Source: Trichoplax adhaerens | Taxonomy: Eukaryota > Animalia > Placozoa | Reading direction: 5' to 3' | DNA: 64,000 bases | NCBI RefSeq assembly: GCF_000150275.1 | Contig: NW_002060948.1 | Location: forward strand, 5,768,411-5,832,410 | Part shown: positions 38,701 through 52,857 of the stretch, piece after piece | Layout: each line of letters begins with the position of its first letter | How positions within the stretch are numbered: the stretch's first letter is position 1 | The notes under the pieces: generated by a model | Seen by the model: the letters and a program-made list of their open reading frames with translations, nothing else | What the model was told of the DNA's origin: nothing | The model's database searches: none | Translations under genes and position numbers: made by a program

Positions 38701-41700
38701 TGATTAGTAAAGAAATAAATCGGCATTTTGACGTATATACTATGTATACTTAGTGATTGGAATTAGCTGTAGCCCAATTATATTGAAATATTAGAAAATA
38801 CTGATGCATAGTAGATAACTCGTGCCCTCTTTGATTACATTATTAGGGAAATACCTTTCAAGTTGTTATTGTCACCGATGGTCAGCGTGAAAGCTATGCC
38901 ATGTTTCTATATGAAAATGACGGTTTACGCTGGCTAAGATCACAACCAAAACTAGGCATAACTCCAAGATATCCACTGATAGGATTTGCCGCAGGTTAGA
39001 AGATAGTGCTGCCTATCTTGTAATCAAATTAATGGTGAAATATCTATGCAGGCAGTATAATATAGATTTTAGGATATTAGACTTAGCTAAATCGGCACTG
39101 AATACAAGATATTCATGCAATGATATTTAGGCAACGGAATAGGCTCTTATTCTTTGTATGGTTCAAGCACCGCTAATGCATCAGCACTGCCTTCACTATC
39201 CAATGTGGATATACCTGGCAAGTGGTTATATCAAATTGGTAATGGTAGCCCTGGCCAAGGCGGTAAGATAACACCAGCTGTCCTGGTCAATGGATCCAGT
39301 AAGTCAATACATAGAATTATATTCCTCAGCGTAAATATTCTTATTTATACTTGGCAATCAAATTGTATAACGAATAGCGAAGATATGAATCAAAATTTTA
39401 GAACTTACTAACTTTATCACTGATCCATCCATTCAACTGTACCTTAAGGGTTAATATTGCTAGTAATACGTATTTCCCATTCTACGCTTACACCCTTCGA
39501 CTTCAATATTTATCGAACCTATGATGTCAAAGAATCAGACTATGCAATTATTAAAATCGAATAAGTTTTTATGCTTCTTGGATTTAAAGTATCTAAGTAA
39601 TAATTTTTCTTATTCAATATCTTAAATTTGATTCATTTTTTTTCAATTTTCATAAAACGATCATACAGTACTTCATCATAGCAAAATAACTAGTATCTCA
39701 CAGTTGCTGAGAATGGATCCTGAAAATATGCTTTGAATAAATTTTGACAAAAATTAATTTGGTAACCTAGCGCATAATAAATTATTTTTAATTTTTCCAA
39801 ATTACACTACTTTAACTGCGGTATAAATTATCAAAATTTGCTCTAAAGTGATTACTTTTACATTCCATATCAATGAATTCATCATTATTATAACTACAAC
39901 GCGTAATAATTTAGTATCTGTCACAACCGAGATTGAAAAACAAAAATTAATGAGAATCTTTCCTCTAAAATAGTCTTAACTAACTCTAAGCACTCTTTAA
40001 TTAATCTACCAAACTTAGATTCGCGTCTTAGACGATAGAATACTCACGTTAAGAATCAAAACTTTATTCCAAAAGCTATTCATTGAAATAACCGATTGAA
40101 CTCACAACTTACAATCTACTACTAACAACGGATAACTATCTGTGATAGACCAGCTTATCAACTCCCTTAATTAAGAACTTTAAGGCTTTTACATAGCCTT
40201 ACAAACATCGTTGGTGCAAAGCAGTAATAAATTTATAGCCAAGTCTACATACTGAATATAGCAAGAATCACAGCACTCTTTCTATGACATTTGATAGTAG
40301 TTAATTCATGGCTGGATGTTAACATATGATTCATTACTTAACAAAATTATATCGTTGATGACGCTATAATTAATTAATTGCCACAGAATCTCACATCGAA
40401 TAGGTTGACACTTGTAAATAAAATGCCATTATCCAGTTATGCAAGTTCTTCATTACAGTGCTAATTTTCTATAAATTAATTAAAATAGGCGTTAATCTGT
40501 GCTCTATGGGCTATCCGCGCTGTTCCAGTCAGTCTATTTGTAACAACTATGCCACTGGTTACTGTTGTGCATGCCCTAATGGAACGAAAGGCAACGGCAA
40601 AATTTGCTATAGTCAAAGTAAGTTTAATATTGGTATTTTATAGCTGGGAGGATGCAACAATGTCATCTTCCAGCTATCAGTTTATTATTACTATTTATTA
40701 GAGTTGGACTCATATCGATTTTAAAGTTTTACTGGCCTAATAACGTCTCATGTAGAGTTTATCTTTCTATTATAAACCAAAACTTTGAATTAGTTCATTC
40801 GATGTCACTGGCTGATGCCACCGTCCAAATCAACGTCCAACGTCAGAATAGCAATACTACACTTTCTGCACAAATGCACGGCCTTGCTTATCCTCGTAGC
40901 TTTTGCCGATGCTATTTAGCCATGTCACGAATTCCGATTGAGGAAGTAATTGTAGCTGAAGTTATTTTAGATGAATTGGGATTACTCTTAGGTTGGTACT
41001 ATGCAGATCGAGCAGTCGGCGAACCAGAATCCCTTGCTAATGGCCATAGTCTAGCTGGCGATGGTTTTCATGGTACAAGTCGAATTCATTTTGGTCTCCA
41101 ATCGGCATTTGTACTAAAATATTCGATGGTTCCTACCGATGCTAATGCCGATAATATACTCATCAATATCGAAACATCTGGACTATTTCCAGATGTGACT
41201 CAGCTTTCAAATAACGCCACATCCAACCAAACAGATCTATTTGCCCAATTTGAAGCCAATGATCAATATTTCTATAACGTCGCTCCTGGTAAGGAATTAG
41301 CCATCATAAATAATCATGTTAACCTCAACGGAACCAATGCCATCTATCGTACAACTCGATTCATCTATCACACGCAATGTTCCTCTGATTGGAGAGCCAG
41401 TGGAGTTCGCGTTCGTTCAACAGATTCATATAGGCAATTTACTTATGATCCAACTCGCCAAATGGTTCAGTCTACGACGACATTTGCTTTAACCAATACT
41501 TCTGGAGGTAAGCAATCGATTGATAATGCTCTATGCGTCATTTTGTCCACAGTATTTATATCTCAATTTAAAGCACAGAACTTCATATAACTAATTTCAA
41601 TATCGTATTAACATTGAGTTCATAACTAAAGTAGTAGCAGCAGACTGATAGTAATGATATTTGACGGTCTGCATAATGCGCTTGACTGAAATTAAGAATT

Positions 41701-44700
41701 ACGTTAAAATGTTAATCCAGCCGATTCTTAATTTCAATATCGCGTCCCAGGAATAATTATAGAAATGGCAATAAGTTAACATATGATACTTACATGCTAT
41801 GTATTAATATACTTGATTTATATTGTGAAATATTTTATTACCATAGGTTCTTAAATTAACATAAGAATCACTTGTTACAGTAGCGATTTTAAGCGATTAC
41901 TCCATACCTATTTTGCTATTTATGACCAGATATCAACTTTTACGCACTGAGTATCCATAATTGCGATTTACATCTTCAATATATATTTTCCAAAAGCATT
42001 TATATCTCAGTTTAGAGCACAGAAGAGCACATTATTAATTTCAATATCAAATTAATATTAAGTTTATAACTAAAGCAACAGTAGCTGACTGTATAACTAT
42101 GATATTGTTAGTTATGCATAATGATTTTGAGTGAAATAAGGAAATGCGTTGAATTACTTATTCAACCAATTCATAATTTCAGTATCACTTCTCAGGAACA
42201 AGTATAAATGGTATAGGTTCTTAACTTAAGTAAGAATAACTCTTTACTGAAGCAATCTAAATCGATGATTTGATATTTATTTTGCTATATATGACCAGAT
42301 GTCAACTTTTGCGCACTGGGTGTCCATGATTGCGATCCAATTGCTCAATGTTTTACAGAACCTTATTCCTATCGTTGTGTCTGTCCTCAAGGTTATACTG
42401 GTGATGGGCATGTTTGTATAGGTCAGCTAATTAAAATCCTTTTCATGTGTACCTTCTTATCTAATTTATGGAAAATTAACAGCAGTATTTAAGTTATCTA
42501 ATCACGTTAATATTGATATCTAAACTCAGCAGTTAAACGTCTTTAAATATTTTATGCAGATGTTAATGAATGTTATGATGGTACAATTTGTCAGCCTAAA
42601 AGTAATTCCTACTGTATCAATACTCCTGGTTCCTACAAATGTCAATGTTTTCATGGTTATCTTGAGACAGCAAATAATACTTGCATCGGTACACTTCATA
42701 ATCGCATTATTATTAGTTGTTATCAGATACTTCTTCAAGTTTAACTTGCCTTCAATTTCCGTGATTTTAGACCTAAATGAGTGCTCTAGTGGTATCAATA
42801 ACTGCAGCCAATACGCTAATTGTACTAACACAATTGCATCCTATTACTGCGACTGCTGGCATGGCTACTATGGCGATGGAAATAATTGTACATGTAAGTG
42901 CGATCATGCAGCTAGATTTCATTACGATTACGGCACCTTAGGCCATATAAACTCTAAAACTAGTTCTAGTTACCGATGTTTAACCTAGTCATTTAATAGA
43001 GAATAATTAATCCAGCCTGATAGATAAGATTAATTTGATGCCATTTAAATAGCATAGGTATATGCAATTATATTTTATAAACTTTTAGCTCCGTCTATCG
43101 AACATAAAATATGCTCCTTAGCAGTCTATTTTAGATAGCCAGCTAAATAGATATATAGTTCTTTCTGTAAACACAAATTGATATATGCTTTCTATGTGAT
43201 ATAATGACGATCATCAATGGTTTCAAATTTAAAGCTTTAATCCTCGTAAATTTATAATCCGTATGTAAAATAACATTAAAGGCAAAAATTGATAGCTACA
43301 ATTGGTAGCTTCATGATGAATAATAACGATATTTTAATTTAGTTATACCATGTAGATTGTGTCATCGTGACGCTATTTGTACCCGCGATAGAGCTGGTGA
43401 TGAAATTTGTACCTGTAAACCCGGTTATGAAGGCGATGGAAGATTATCATGTCGAGGTTCATTCAACGTTACTTTCTTCCCTAGATAATGCATGACCTTG
43501 CATCAGTAGGACTATAAGCAAATCAAGATAACAACTCTTATCTTGAGAATCTAAGGATTTTTTTCTTCACTATTTTGATATTTTTAATTAGATATCAATG
43601 AATGTTCATCCCCTACGCTAAATAATTGTAGCCAGTTTGCATCTTGTACTAACAGCAATGGTTCCTTCTCTTGTGCTTGCCTTCCAGGCTATAAGGGAAA
43701 TGGAGAGAATTGTACAGGTTAATACCTATCATGTAGCAATTTCATTTATAACAGCAAAAAGAGCCTACTTTTTCAATGTTATTCTTTGATCCAAAATTGT
43801 TAATTTATCAAGCTCTGGTAAGATAAAGTTATAGTACTTTTCAGACATACTTTACTTATCTTGCAATAAAATTTCGTCCATGTTTCACTCAATCAACAGT
43901 ACGAATAACTGTTAGCCTATATCATTCATTTTAATTTTTACCATAATATATTTTTATATTTAATGTATAATAAATTATTGATCTAACATGTAAGTTATTA
44001 ATAGAGTATTTCATATTCAATCTAATGTAGGTCTTGTGGATTAAAATCATTACATACTTAAGCTATCTTAAAACATATTTGGCCAATTTGGCTAGTAACA
44101 AATGCAACGATGAATTTATTCTTTGCTAATTCAATATAATATTCATTGTTGATCATAAGTTGAGCATAACTTCAATTTTTGCATTTGATCACTCAGCGGA
44201 GTTTTTCTATATATCCTCGACTTAGATATTAATGAATGTGTCGAAGAATCCTATCGATGCGTACCTAATTCCAGCTGCGATAATTCAATCGGTTCCTTTA
44301 ACTGTTCTTGCAATGACGGTTATCGTGGAAATCCGTATGCACCAACTGGAAATTGTACCGGTAAGAGATAACCAATCTAATGGAAACAGATTGCGATGCA
44401 TGAAATAGAACTAAAATTCTAACATTACTACATGAACGTTCACTTTAAGATATAAATGAATGCGAAGAAGGAAGCCATAATTGCCACCGATATGGTATCT
44501 GCACTAATTCACCTTCGACTTTTTCCTGTCGATGTGAAACTGGATTTATAGGCAATGGGACATTCTGCGAATGTAGGTCTATGCTGTGTGTAAATCAATT
44601 TTATCTTTCGATTTCTTCGCTTTCATTCATCCTGTTTCAATTACAGTACCTTGCAAGCGATGTTTTAATGGTGGCAAATGTATTAATGACACTGAATGCG

Positions 44701-46781
44701 ATTGTCCTCCTGGATTCGCAGGACGATATTGCCAATTGAGTAAGATTGAGCATAATTTACCTCAAATTTTCATTCTTTCTTGTATCAAGAAGTAATATTT
44801 AAAATTAAGGCCAATTTAAAAATAACTACTGCGCTGCCAAATTGTACACTCTACAGCGTTGTTCAAATCGCTTTTCTTCACAAAAACTATAATAAAAGGA
44901 ATATGAATGCGCTGCTCACTACTGGTAATATTTAAGCTACTTAGCAAATCAAAACTGCAAAAGTTCATTAGTTCCCATAAAACTGACTAATTACTAACAG
45001 CCAATAAAAGTAAATACTTATTATAAAATATTGCATCCAAGAAGGACAGAAGTATTGCTGTAAATGCCAGGTCTAGCTAAAACGAATAAAATTATGCACT
45101 TAATTTCAATCAATAGATGAAGGATCTTTCCTAGCATATGCCCAAGGATATACTATACAACGAGTTAACTTTCCTGCTAATACCTCTGATCCAACTGTCA
45201 TTGTCCATGATCAGTATCAGCTTGGCATTGGAATCGATTTCGACTGCAAAGAAAATAGCATTTATTGGTCCAATATTGGCGGCGGTAAATCGATTATGAA
45301 ATCAGATCCAATTGGTGGCAATGTTACTGTCGTAGCTACGCTGAATGATTCAAGTAGTGTGGAAGGTAAATAATAAATAGTTTCGGCTTCGTAAATTGGA
45401 ATAGCTTTTATCTTTACACTACATAAATGAATTCTTTCTCATTTTCAGGTATTGCAATCGATTCTATCAGTCGTACCATATATTGGACTGATTCAGGCAA
45501 TGATGTTATTGAAGTTATGAAATTGGACGGAACCAATCGACAAGTTTTGTTTGATACTGAATTAGTCAATCCAAGAGCTATTGCTATTGATCCTGTTGTT
45601 GGGTAAAAAATTATGCATCTTTCGAACGTATGATTTTATGTCGCAATCCACTATAGAAATCTTTAAATTCTTCCATCTAATTACGAACTTACTTTATTGG
45701 GTCCGATAGTTTCATCTTTTGGACTGATTGGAATCGTGAGAATCCAAGAATTGTGCGTTCAACAGCCGATGGCAAAGATCGAGTCAATTTAGTTGTAGGG
45801 AATTTAAAACTTCCCAATGCACTGACATTAGATACTGAACTTAAGAGAGTTTATTGGGCGGATGCTGGAACTAATATGGTAGAATATTGCAGCTATACTG
45901 GCGAAGGTAGAAAGACATTACATAAGGTAAATTTTACTAAATCAGCGGCTGTACTTGCTAATTTATTGAGGCAATTCGTGTACATTTTATTAAATCCAAT
46001 TTAAAGTTATCAAGAGAATATCAGTAACACCATTTTCTATTATCAATTAGTAAGGTGTAGCATTTTATTACTATACAATGATAGTGACTATGCTTTCATT
46101 AGTTTTTTAAATAATTTACATCTCTTACTTATCCAAATTAACTGTAATAAACACGTATATCAAGATCGCTGATGACAAATTGGATTCATTATCAAGCTGT
46201 AATCATCATTTCATATACTGTAGTATAGTGTTACTTCTCACTAACGATAGTCAAATCTTAAGATATCTTTAATCAGTTCATTAACTTTCATATCTTATAT
46301 GTCAAAATTGATCGTAGAATGCGAGTACTTCCAGGATAAGTAATGATCAATTAGATTTATTATTAAGTTTAATTCAACACTAAATGATTTTACGTATTTG
46401 ATCAGGGTTTTAGCACCGGAAACTCATTAATTTATCCATTTGCCCTTGCCCTTTATGGTGACTACCTATATTGGTCTGACTGGTCCTCTTATGATCTACA
46501 AAGAATTCATCGAATTACCGGTAAATTGCTCGATCCAATTTCAACTAAACCACTAGGTGGATCATACTATAGAATTGATGGCATTGCATCTGTCATCAAG
46601 GAATGTTCTCAAGGTATGTAGAAACTTATTCATATATATCTCATATGCAATAAGTTTATAACACAGAAAATTGATTAATTTTTCTTTTCTCATTTCAGGC
46701 GCAAATGCATGTGGTTCTATGCCTATCGTCAACTGTAATCTATGCTTGCCAGGGTTAAATAATACACGTACATGCTACTGA
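35798..46781 (+). CDS. NID: Nidogen/entactin, about 1176 aa, 19 exons: 35798-36004, 37771-38058, 38847-38994, 39131-39298, 40489-40617, 40794-41507, 42299-42421, 42560-42688, 42771-42893, 43343-43456, 43592-43717, 44226-44360, 44450-44572, 44647-44739, 45117-45365, 45449-45602, 45710-45926, 46406-46613, 46699-46781
   Basis: Signal peptide plus [14 protein letters not shown] motifs ([54 protein letters not shown]), an EGF, a G2F-like 714-nt exon and eight phase-1 EGF/cbEGF exons. YWTD propeller ([40 protein letters not shown]). Exon phases are consistent and total 3531 nt. Confidence 0.93.
36070..36722 (+). repeat. Three diverged tandem units (about 220 bp) in nidogen intron 1
   Basis: Recurring ATTAACAATGAT...GCGTGAA...TTTCATACTAAC...TATTGATG...TAGATTTT...CTATCCCAAAA.T.AAAATT. 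Confidence 0.8.
41553..42340 (+). repeat. Tandem duplication (about 370-445 bp offset) of nidogen intron 6 including the acceptor and 5' part of exon 7
   Basis: ATTTATATCTCA.TTTA.AGCACAGAA occurs at about 41555 and 41998. TTTTGCTAT.TATGACCAG|AT.TCAACTTTT.CGCACTG occurs at 41930 and 42299. Confidence 0.85.
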
Positions 46782-49700
46782 TTTTAATCTGGGAAATTAT
46801 TTTTGCTATACGTAGTGCTTTATGGTAGTCTCATCTAGCGTTATTTAATATATTTTATATGCAAATCACTCGTACTTTTATTGTTGAATCTAACTGCAGT
46901 GGAAACATTTCAATTATTTTTCGTTTTCATATTACTTAAACTTACGTATAAAAAATTGGAAAATTTTTTAATAACGCTGTCTTTTCTTAGGAAAGTAGTG
47001 GCATCATTAGCTATACTCTAGGCATATAGCGGTAATGTCGTAGTAGAAATTACTTAATTTTATAAATTTAGTCAGATTCTCTTGTCAAATAAATCAAATT
47101 TAACTTTCGCATCCTTTTTCTGCAATGCTATTAAAGATTAAATTTAAATCACTGATAAAAGTAATAGGTTGCAGTAGTTTAATTTTAAATATAAAGTCAA
47201 GTTTTGACACTGACCAACGCTGATATCAAGCAATCGATTTCCGCGTTTCCTTATTCACCTACAGTATGAAATTGATAATTGAAAGATAATTTTGTTGATG
47301 ATTATATAATTATATGTGATTGTTACCAAGTAAATATTTTAGTCTTTATTAAAGTCTGTTAGAGTGAGCATATGCGTAAGTTGGCCATGACCTATCCTGT
47401 ACTATTTTAAGAAAAACGATTGACAGTTGTTATGCGTCCGAAATTGCTACAAAAGTACCTTAGCAACATCCAATTTCTAAGAAGGGGCTCGGAAAGAACA
47501 AGTTAACATTGCCTGTTTTACTGCATTCGAATTAATACCATCAACTTGCCGCTACTTTGCAATCTTGAATGGATTTAAATCGAGAAATTTAGAGTGCTCT
47601 TGTATTCGTACTTTATTATAATTATGGAAGTAGAATACTCTTTACCATACATAGCATTATAACTACCTCATGCTTTGTCTTCGTAAACAACAATTATAAT
47701 CTTCTATCAAGTTAGTTAATCCTGTTCGTTAGGCGGTAAACCAGCACACTTATATTGTCTACTTTACTAAAGCAATCCGACTACAGTACTTCACGTCTAT
47801 TAAACTTGACATGATTATCTACAGAATTTACTATAACAAAGGCTGCTATTCGTCCTGCATCTATCATAGAGCTAATACTAAAATTGCCGATTTAATTAAT
47901 TAAAGAAGACAACCAACCGTGGGATAAATTTCTAATCACAGGGAATAAGTTTCAGTTAATTGTAGTACGGCACCGGTATCCATTCGATCCTTAATTGTTT
48001 GAGCAGCTCCCCTACTGTTAAAACCAAATAATACCCGTAAACAACCGAAATTTTCCCACCATGATCTAAACATTCTCTATCAGCCTAAATTATACGATTT
48101 TATTACTCACAGTACAAATAAAATCAGAATATGGAATTCATAAATATTAATTAGTGACAAGTATTAATTAACACTCGGTCTAGTCTATAGTAAGCCTGTA
48201 TTGCACATTATATAATTTAACGTAAAAGGTTAGCACCGGGGTTATTTGTGTGACATATGAAATTGTATATAAGATTGATTATTAATTTTTGATCTCAGTT
48301 CTACTGAGGCTAACGTAGAGTGCACTGGTACTAACGTAAACGGGCTAGTAATAAATATATTTATTAAACTAAACCTATCGTTTGACTCGATTACTATACT
48401 GTAGTATAGGAATAAGTTAGTTTTCCCTTACTGAGGATCTCCGGAGTTAGTTGGAGAACCATAAGAGTAGATAGACTAGTTTAGGTACGATCACGAAAGT
48501 TGTTTTGTGACAACACTACTTATACACTATCCAAAATTATACAATTTAATACTGAGGTTGTAGGCAAAATTAAAATCAATACCTATGTTGGCATAATGGT
48601 AATACTAAGGTATCACAAGTGTTTGAATAAAATTGAACTAATAATATAATGAAATTTTTGCTTAAATTTTGCTCTATAATCGGAGAAAATTCAACTTATT
48701 TATTATTGCTCTGTTATAGTATCCTTATTCAATGTTACAAGCTCTATATCTATTTAATTCATCGGCTCTCTCGGCTTATCGAAAATTGTTCGACTCTATA
48801 GTCAAGATTGATTTTACCTTTCATTTACTATTTTATGTAATTCTTGTTTTTACTAACGACTTGTAGATAGAAATCTCATTTGAAGCCGTTTTCCGGGATA
48901 TTTGCTTCTAGTCTAGATGTACTGCTTTATTATTATTTTAAATTTCATTGTAATACATCGTTCTAAAGTTAATGGCCTGCTAAATAATATAAAAAACAAA
49001 ACACACGACTACACATGATATTTGCAATATAATTTTAATCAGAATTAGATGCAACTGTTACCAACTACTTCAGAGTAAGCACAAGTCAGTCAGTAATCAT
49101 CCATCTTGTAACATTTTGAGAAAAGTGATTGATAGCTGTCGTAAATTCCAAATTCTTAGAGAAGTAGCAGTAAAAGACTATTTATTGTCTGAGAAACAAC
49201 TTTAAAGGACCAAGTTAGCATTATCAGTTTCACTATATTTAGAATTGATATCGGCAACTTGCGGCGACTTTATAAACTTAAATGTATTAAAATCGTCTAT
49301 ATTTTGAGAGTGTTCTTGTAAATTTAGTTTAACATAGAATAGGATACTCTTTCCCATATGCAGTATTACTACATTATGCTCTGTCTTCACAAATAATAAT
49401 CTAATTCGCTAATACTGCTAATTATACGGTATTCTAGCATATTTTACTTTGTCGACTTAACTACATCTTTTTCGTCCATAGTTTCTATATTGAATTTTTA
49501 GTGATTACGAAACTTACCACAACAAAGACTACCATTCGCTCTGTATCTAGTATAGAGCTAGCTAATATTTAAGTTGATCAATTTAACGAAAGGAGACAAC
49601 CGCCTGTGGGGATGGATGTCTATTTATTTATAAGCAATAAGTTTCGATAGCAGTAGCCGCTTACTTCTTAATTACACGACTAGATTTTTTACGATAAATT

Positions 49701-50944
49701 CGAATAATAATAATAATAGTCTAAATGCTACATTTTTCATTGTTCAGTGCCACTTTATGTAATTACAAGCCTTTTGAAGTTAATAAATTGAGTAATTCTA
49801 TCTCGATATTGTAATTTTTCGTTGGAATTTAAATTTGTATAACGGTCTATCGCTGTGCTATAGTACTACGAAAGTTAAAGAACGCGTATGTGCCGTACTA
49901 ATTAAGTGTAGGAGATTAATTCAGATATAGAAGTGAGTCCGTAGTTTCATTAATTATTGCTCGAAAATTGTACGAAGGAATAATAATTAATTGTTCGTAG
50001 TGAACTACTTATGTTAGAATCTACTATACCTGTAGAAATTAGTTTATCCTAGTTATAATATTATGTCAATCCTAAATTTTAAACTTGCTAAAATAATGAA
50101 AGGTAAATATTAAATTCTATATCTTGGAAAGAGCTTGATATTCTCCTAAATTAACGATAGACGATTGTATATAAAAAATGTGTAACAATTACTGTTTTTG
50201 GTACATTTAATAAACTAGTATCTGATAGAAACTCTTGTTAATTTAAGATTATCGTGGAAGTAATCTAGTTTTATCCATAGAAATAATATATGGTAATTTC
50301 CATTAATAAACAATAATAGTTAAGAATGCAAAAAATCATCAAATTAATTTACATTAGTCTTACAAAAAATAAATTAATACGAGTGGTTAAGAAATCGTAG
50401 TCAACGTAAGAATGATTACCGTAATTTCATGATCCGAATAGGTTTCAGGAATTTTATCATTTGTTATTTCAATATACAGTATATAGCTAATTCTACTCTT
50501 TACTATTAGAGTGAAGAAATTAAAGGAAAATTCTTCAATATCAATAAAGGGATGATTACCAACGCAAGTATATCATGTACGGTGCATTAATATAAAACAT
50601 CTAGGACTTGCATAATTATCATCGTATTGTCAAATTATTTACGTTTACGTTTCATAGATGAGCCAGTAGTTTTATCGTTAGGCAATGTCTACATATTTAT
50701 ACTAGCTTAATAAATCTTGCACAATCATATAATTATGAGAAAGTGGCCTAACACTAAGTTAGATAATAAATTTTATCGGCCTATTGATATGAATTTATTA
50801 GAGTTGGACATAAAGTTTAATTTGAAAAGATTATGTTTACTCTTATCATGTGGGAGAAATAATCTTCACACTTTAATTTCGGATGTTCCAGAGCAACAAC
50901 GCGAACCTTAACGCTAACGATCTCATCCAAAATGATCAAACTTT

Positions 50945-52857
50945 TTATCTTCCAACTTTACCAAGTGAACGATCTGTCTTCGGATTGGCAGTTAAACGTT
51001 GCACAGCGACAATAGCAGCATTAATACCATTCTGTAGTTCGCGCAGTTCAGCTATATGTAGAATTTGTATGATTTTTGCGGCCTGCTCAACAACTGGATC
51101 TGTAATAATGAGTTATATTAAAGGTTTTGATAAAGTAACAACACGCGTCAAATGTATTTATTGCACAGCGTGCCAAAATTAACAGCATCCAATGATTGCA
51201 ATGGTATCAGAACACGTCGGCTATACCTTTCACACTAGGTACACAGCTAGGAGTACTAGCGAGTGAGCGGTAGAGTTCCTAGAGTAAACAGACAGCGTAA
51301 AATGATTGATATATGATTTAAAATTTCAACTTTGAAGAAAACACTAAATAGGCAAATAGTAAAATGTATAACTAATAGCGTTCTGGTTCTGCCATACAAA
51401 GATTCATATCGCTAGAGCAAAAATTGACATTGATATAGAATATATTTCTAGCTTTCTGATATATCGTAATAGCAACTGCAGCACTTAATATGAATTTATT
51501 ATTATTACGTTGCTAAATTCAATGTGGTATAAAATCTTACTAATCATACCTCTTCTTGGGCTGATTGGTTGCTATTAAGACTATTTGAAGACAGTTTACT
51601 TTCGATAAGATTACGAATACCCTATAAGGCAATGAAGATGATTTACTACTAAGGCTATCATATCATTGACAGGATAGCGTAGAACTTTATAGATATGTTT
51701 CTTCATACTAATGCAGCATTTTAGCATACATCAATACATATAGCGCAATCTTACTTACCTCTAGCATTAGTAAATGTTGATCTTGATCTTGGTATGGTGG
51801 CATTTCAAGTAGTTCAGCTAGTTGTCTAATTCCGGATCTCAATTGAGGATCATCATCTATCATTAGAGTCATTATAGTAATTTTACTGCATTTTAATCAA
51901 TTATTGTATTTACGAATAATTATTATCATTGCAATTAGAGATAATTAATCAAATGTTTATTGCAAGCAATATTAAAATTGACAATGCAATGATTTTTCCC
52001 ATGATGTTACGAATAATAGTGGAATAAAACCAACCCGATATAGCCAACAACTCATCGATTTCCAACTTTTGTATTTTATGCAGAGTAATGTTGGGTTCAC
52101 TCTGATATAATTGCACTAAAACAGTATGAAGACGATCAATTCATTATACAGTCATAAGTTATGCATGAAAGATATCTTGTGATGTCGTTCTTACGATTGT
52201 CTTGAAATTTTAAGCGACATGCATATCCTAACAGCCATTCAGTAATTTCTTTCCTTTGATTGGATTTGACTGGGCATTTCAGTAATTTTAGGTACTAACA
52301 AGACAAAAAGAGTTTTCATCACGAGTTTAATTTATTTTAAGAACAAGGGTGGAAGTTGAATTACGTCCAATCTATAAGAAGTTGATTAGTATTGACGCAA
52401 AAAGTGATGCTATCATCGATTCGTTTCTATGGCTCACTTTTGTAAAATGATCAGGCCAAGTTTGGCTATCGATAGCTCGCAATTCGTCTCTTTCATTGAC
52501 TTTGCAATGCCTTATAATCGTGTCTTCTAGCCAAACGACCAAATTTTGAAATGCTTTCTCATCTGGTGAAATTGATGATAAAGATGAGATTAATTTGGGC
52601 ATTGTTTGAGCTTGTATTTTATGGCACTATATCGATAATACGCTGTGGTGATACTGCACATCGTGACGATGGCAGCGTCTCTGACTATAGGCTTAGTCTA
52701 TATTGTACAAAATTATCAATGTACTTGATGCAAGAGAATAATAACGACACCTATCCTAGCTGGTCGTAATACATGTACTAAAGTTGTGTTGACCTTGGCA
52801 ATGGAAATGATTGGGATCAGCATAGAATTGCAAGGCTTGCAGTTTGCGCTTGAACAT
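50945..52857 (-). CDS. RTRAF: RNA transcription, translation and transport factor (CGI-99/CLE; tRNA-ligase complex subunit), about 251 aa; exons 52857-52794, 52562-52438, 52294-52195, 52115-52035, 51856-51759, 51621-51550, 51234-51174 (uncertain), 51099-50945
   Basis: MFKRKLQAL..., FQNLVVWLEDTIIRH, CP...EWLLGYA, and the C-terminus AAKIIQILHIAELRELQNGINAAIVAVQRLTANPKTDRSLGKVGR* match the C14orf166 family signature. Confidence 0.93.

Noticed and set aside
42526-42988. ORFs 42554-42988 (+) and 42526-42831 (-) as separate genes
   Set aside because: They overlap nidogen EGF exons 8-9; only 42771-42893 of the plus ORF is in the true frame.
46779-46781. Selenocysteine recoding of the nidogen TGA
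   Set aside because: TAA follows two codons later, no partner Cys6 is encoded, and no SECIS was recognisable by eye.
50883-51182. 99-aa plus-strand ORF
   Set aside because: Antisense shadow of the conserved last exon of RTRAF.
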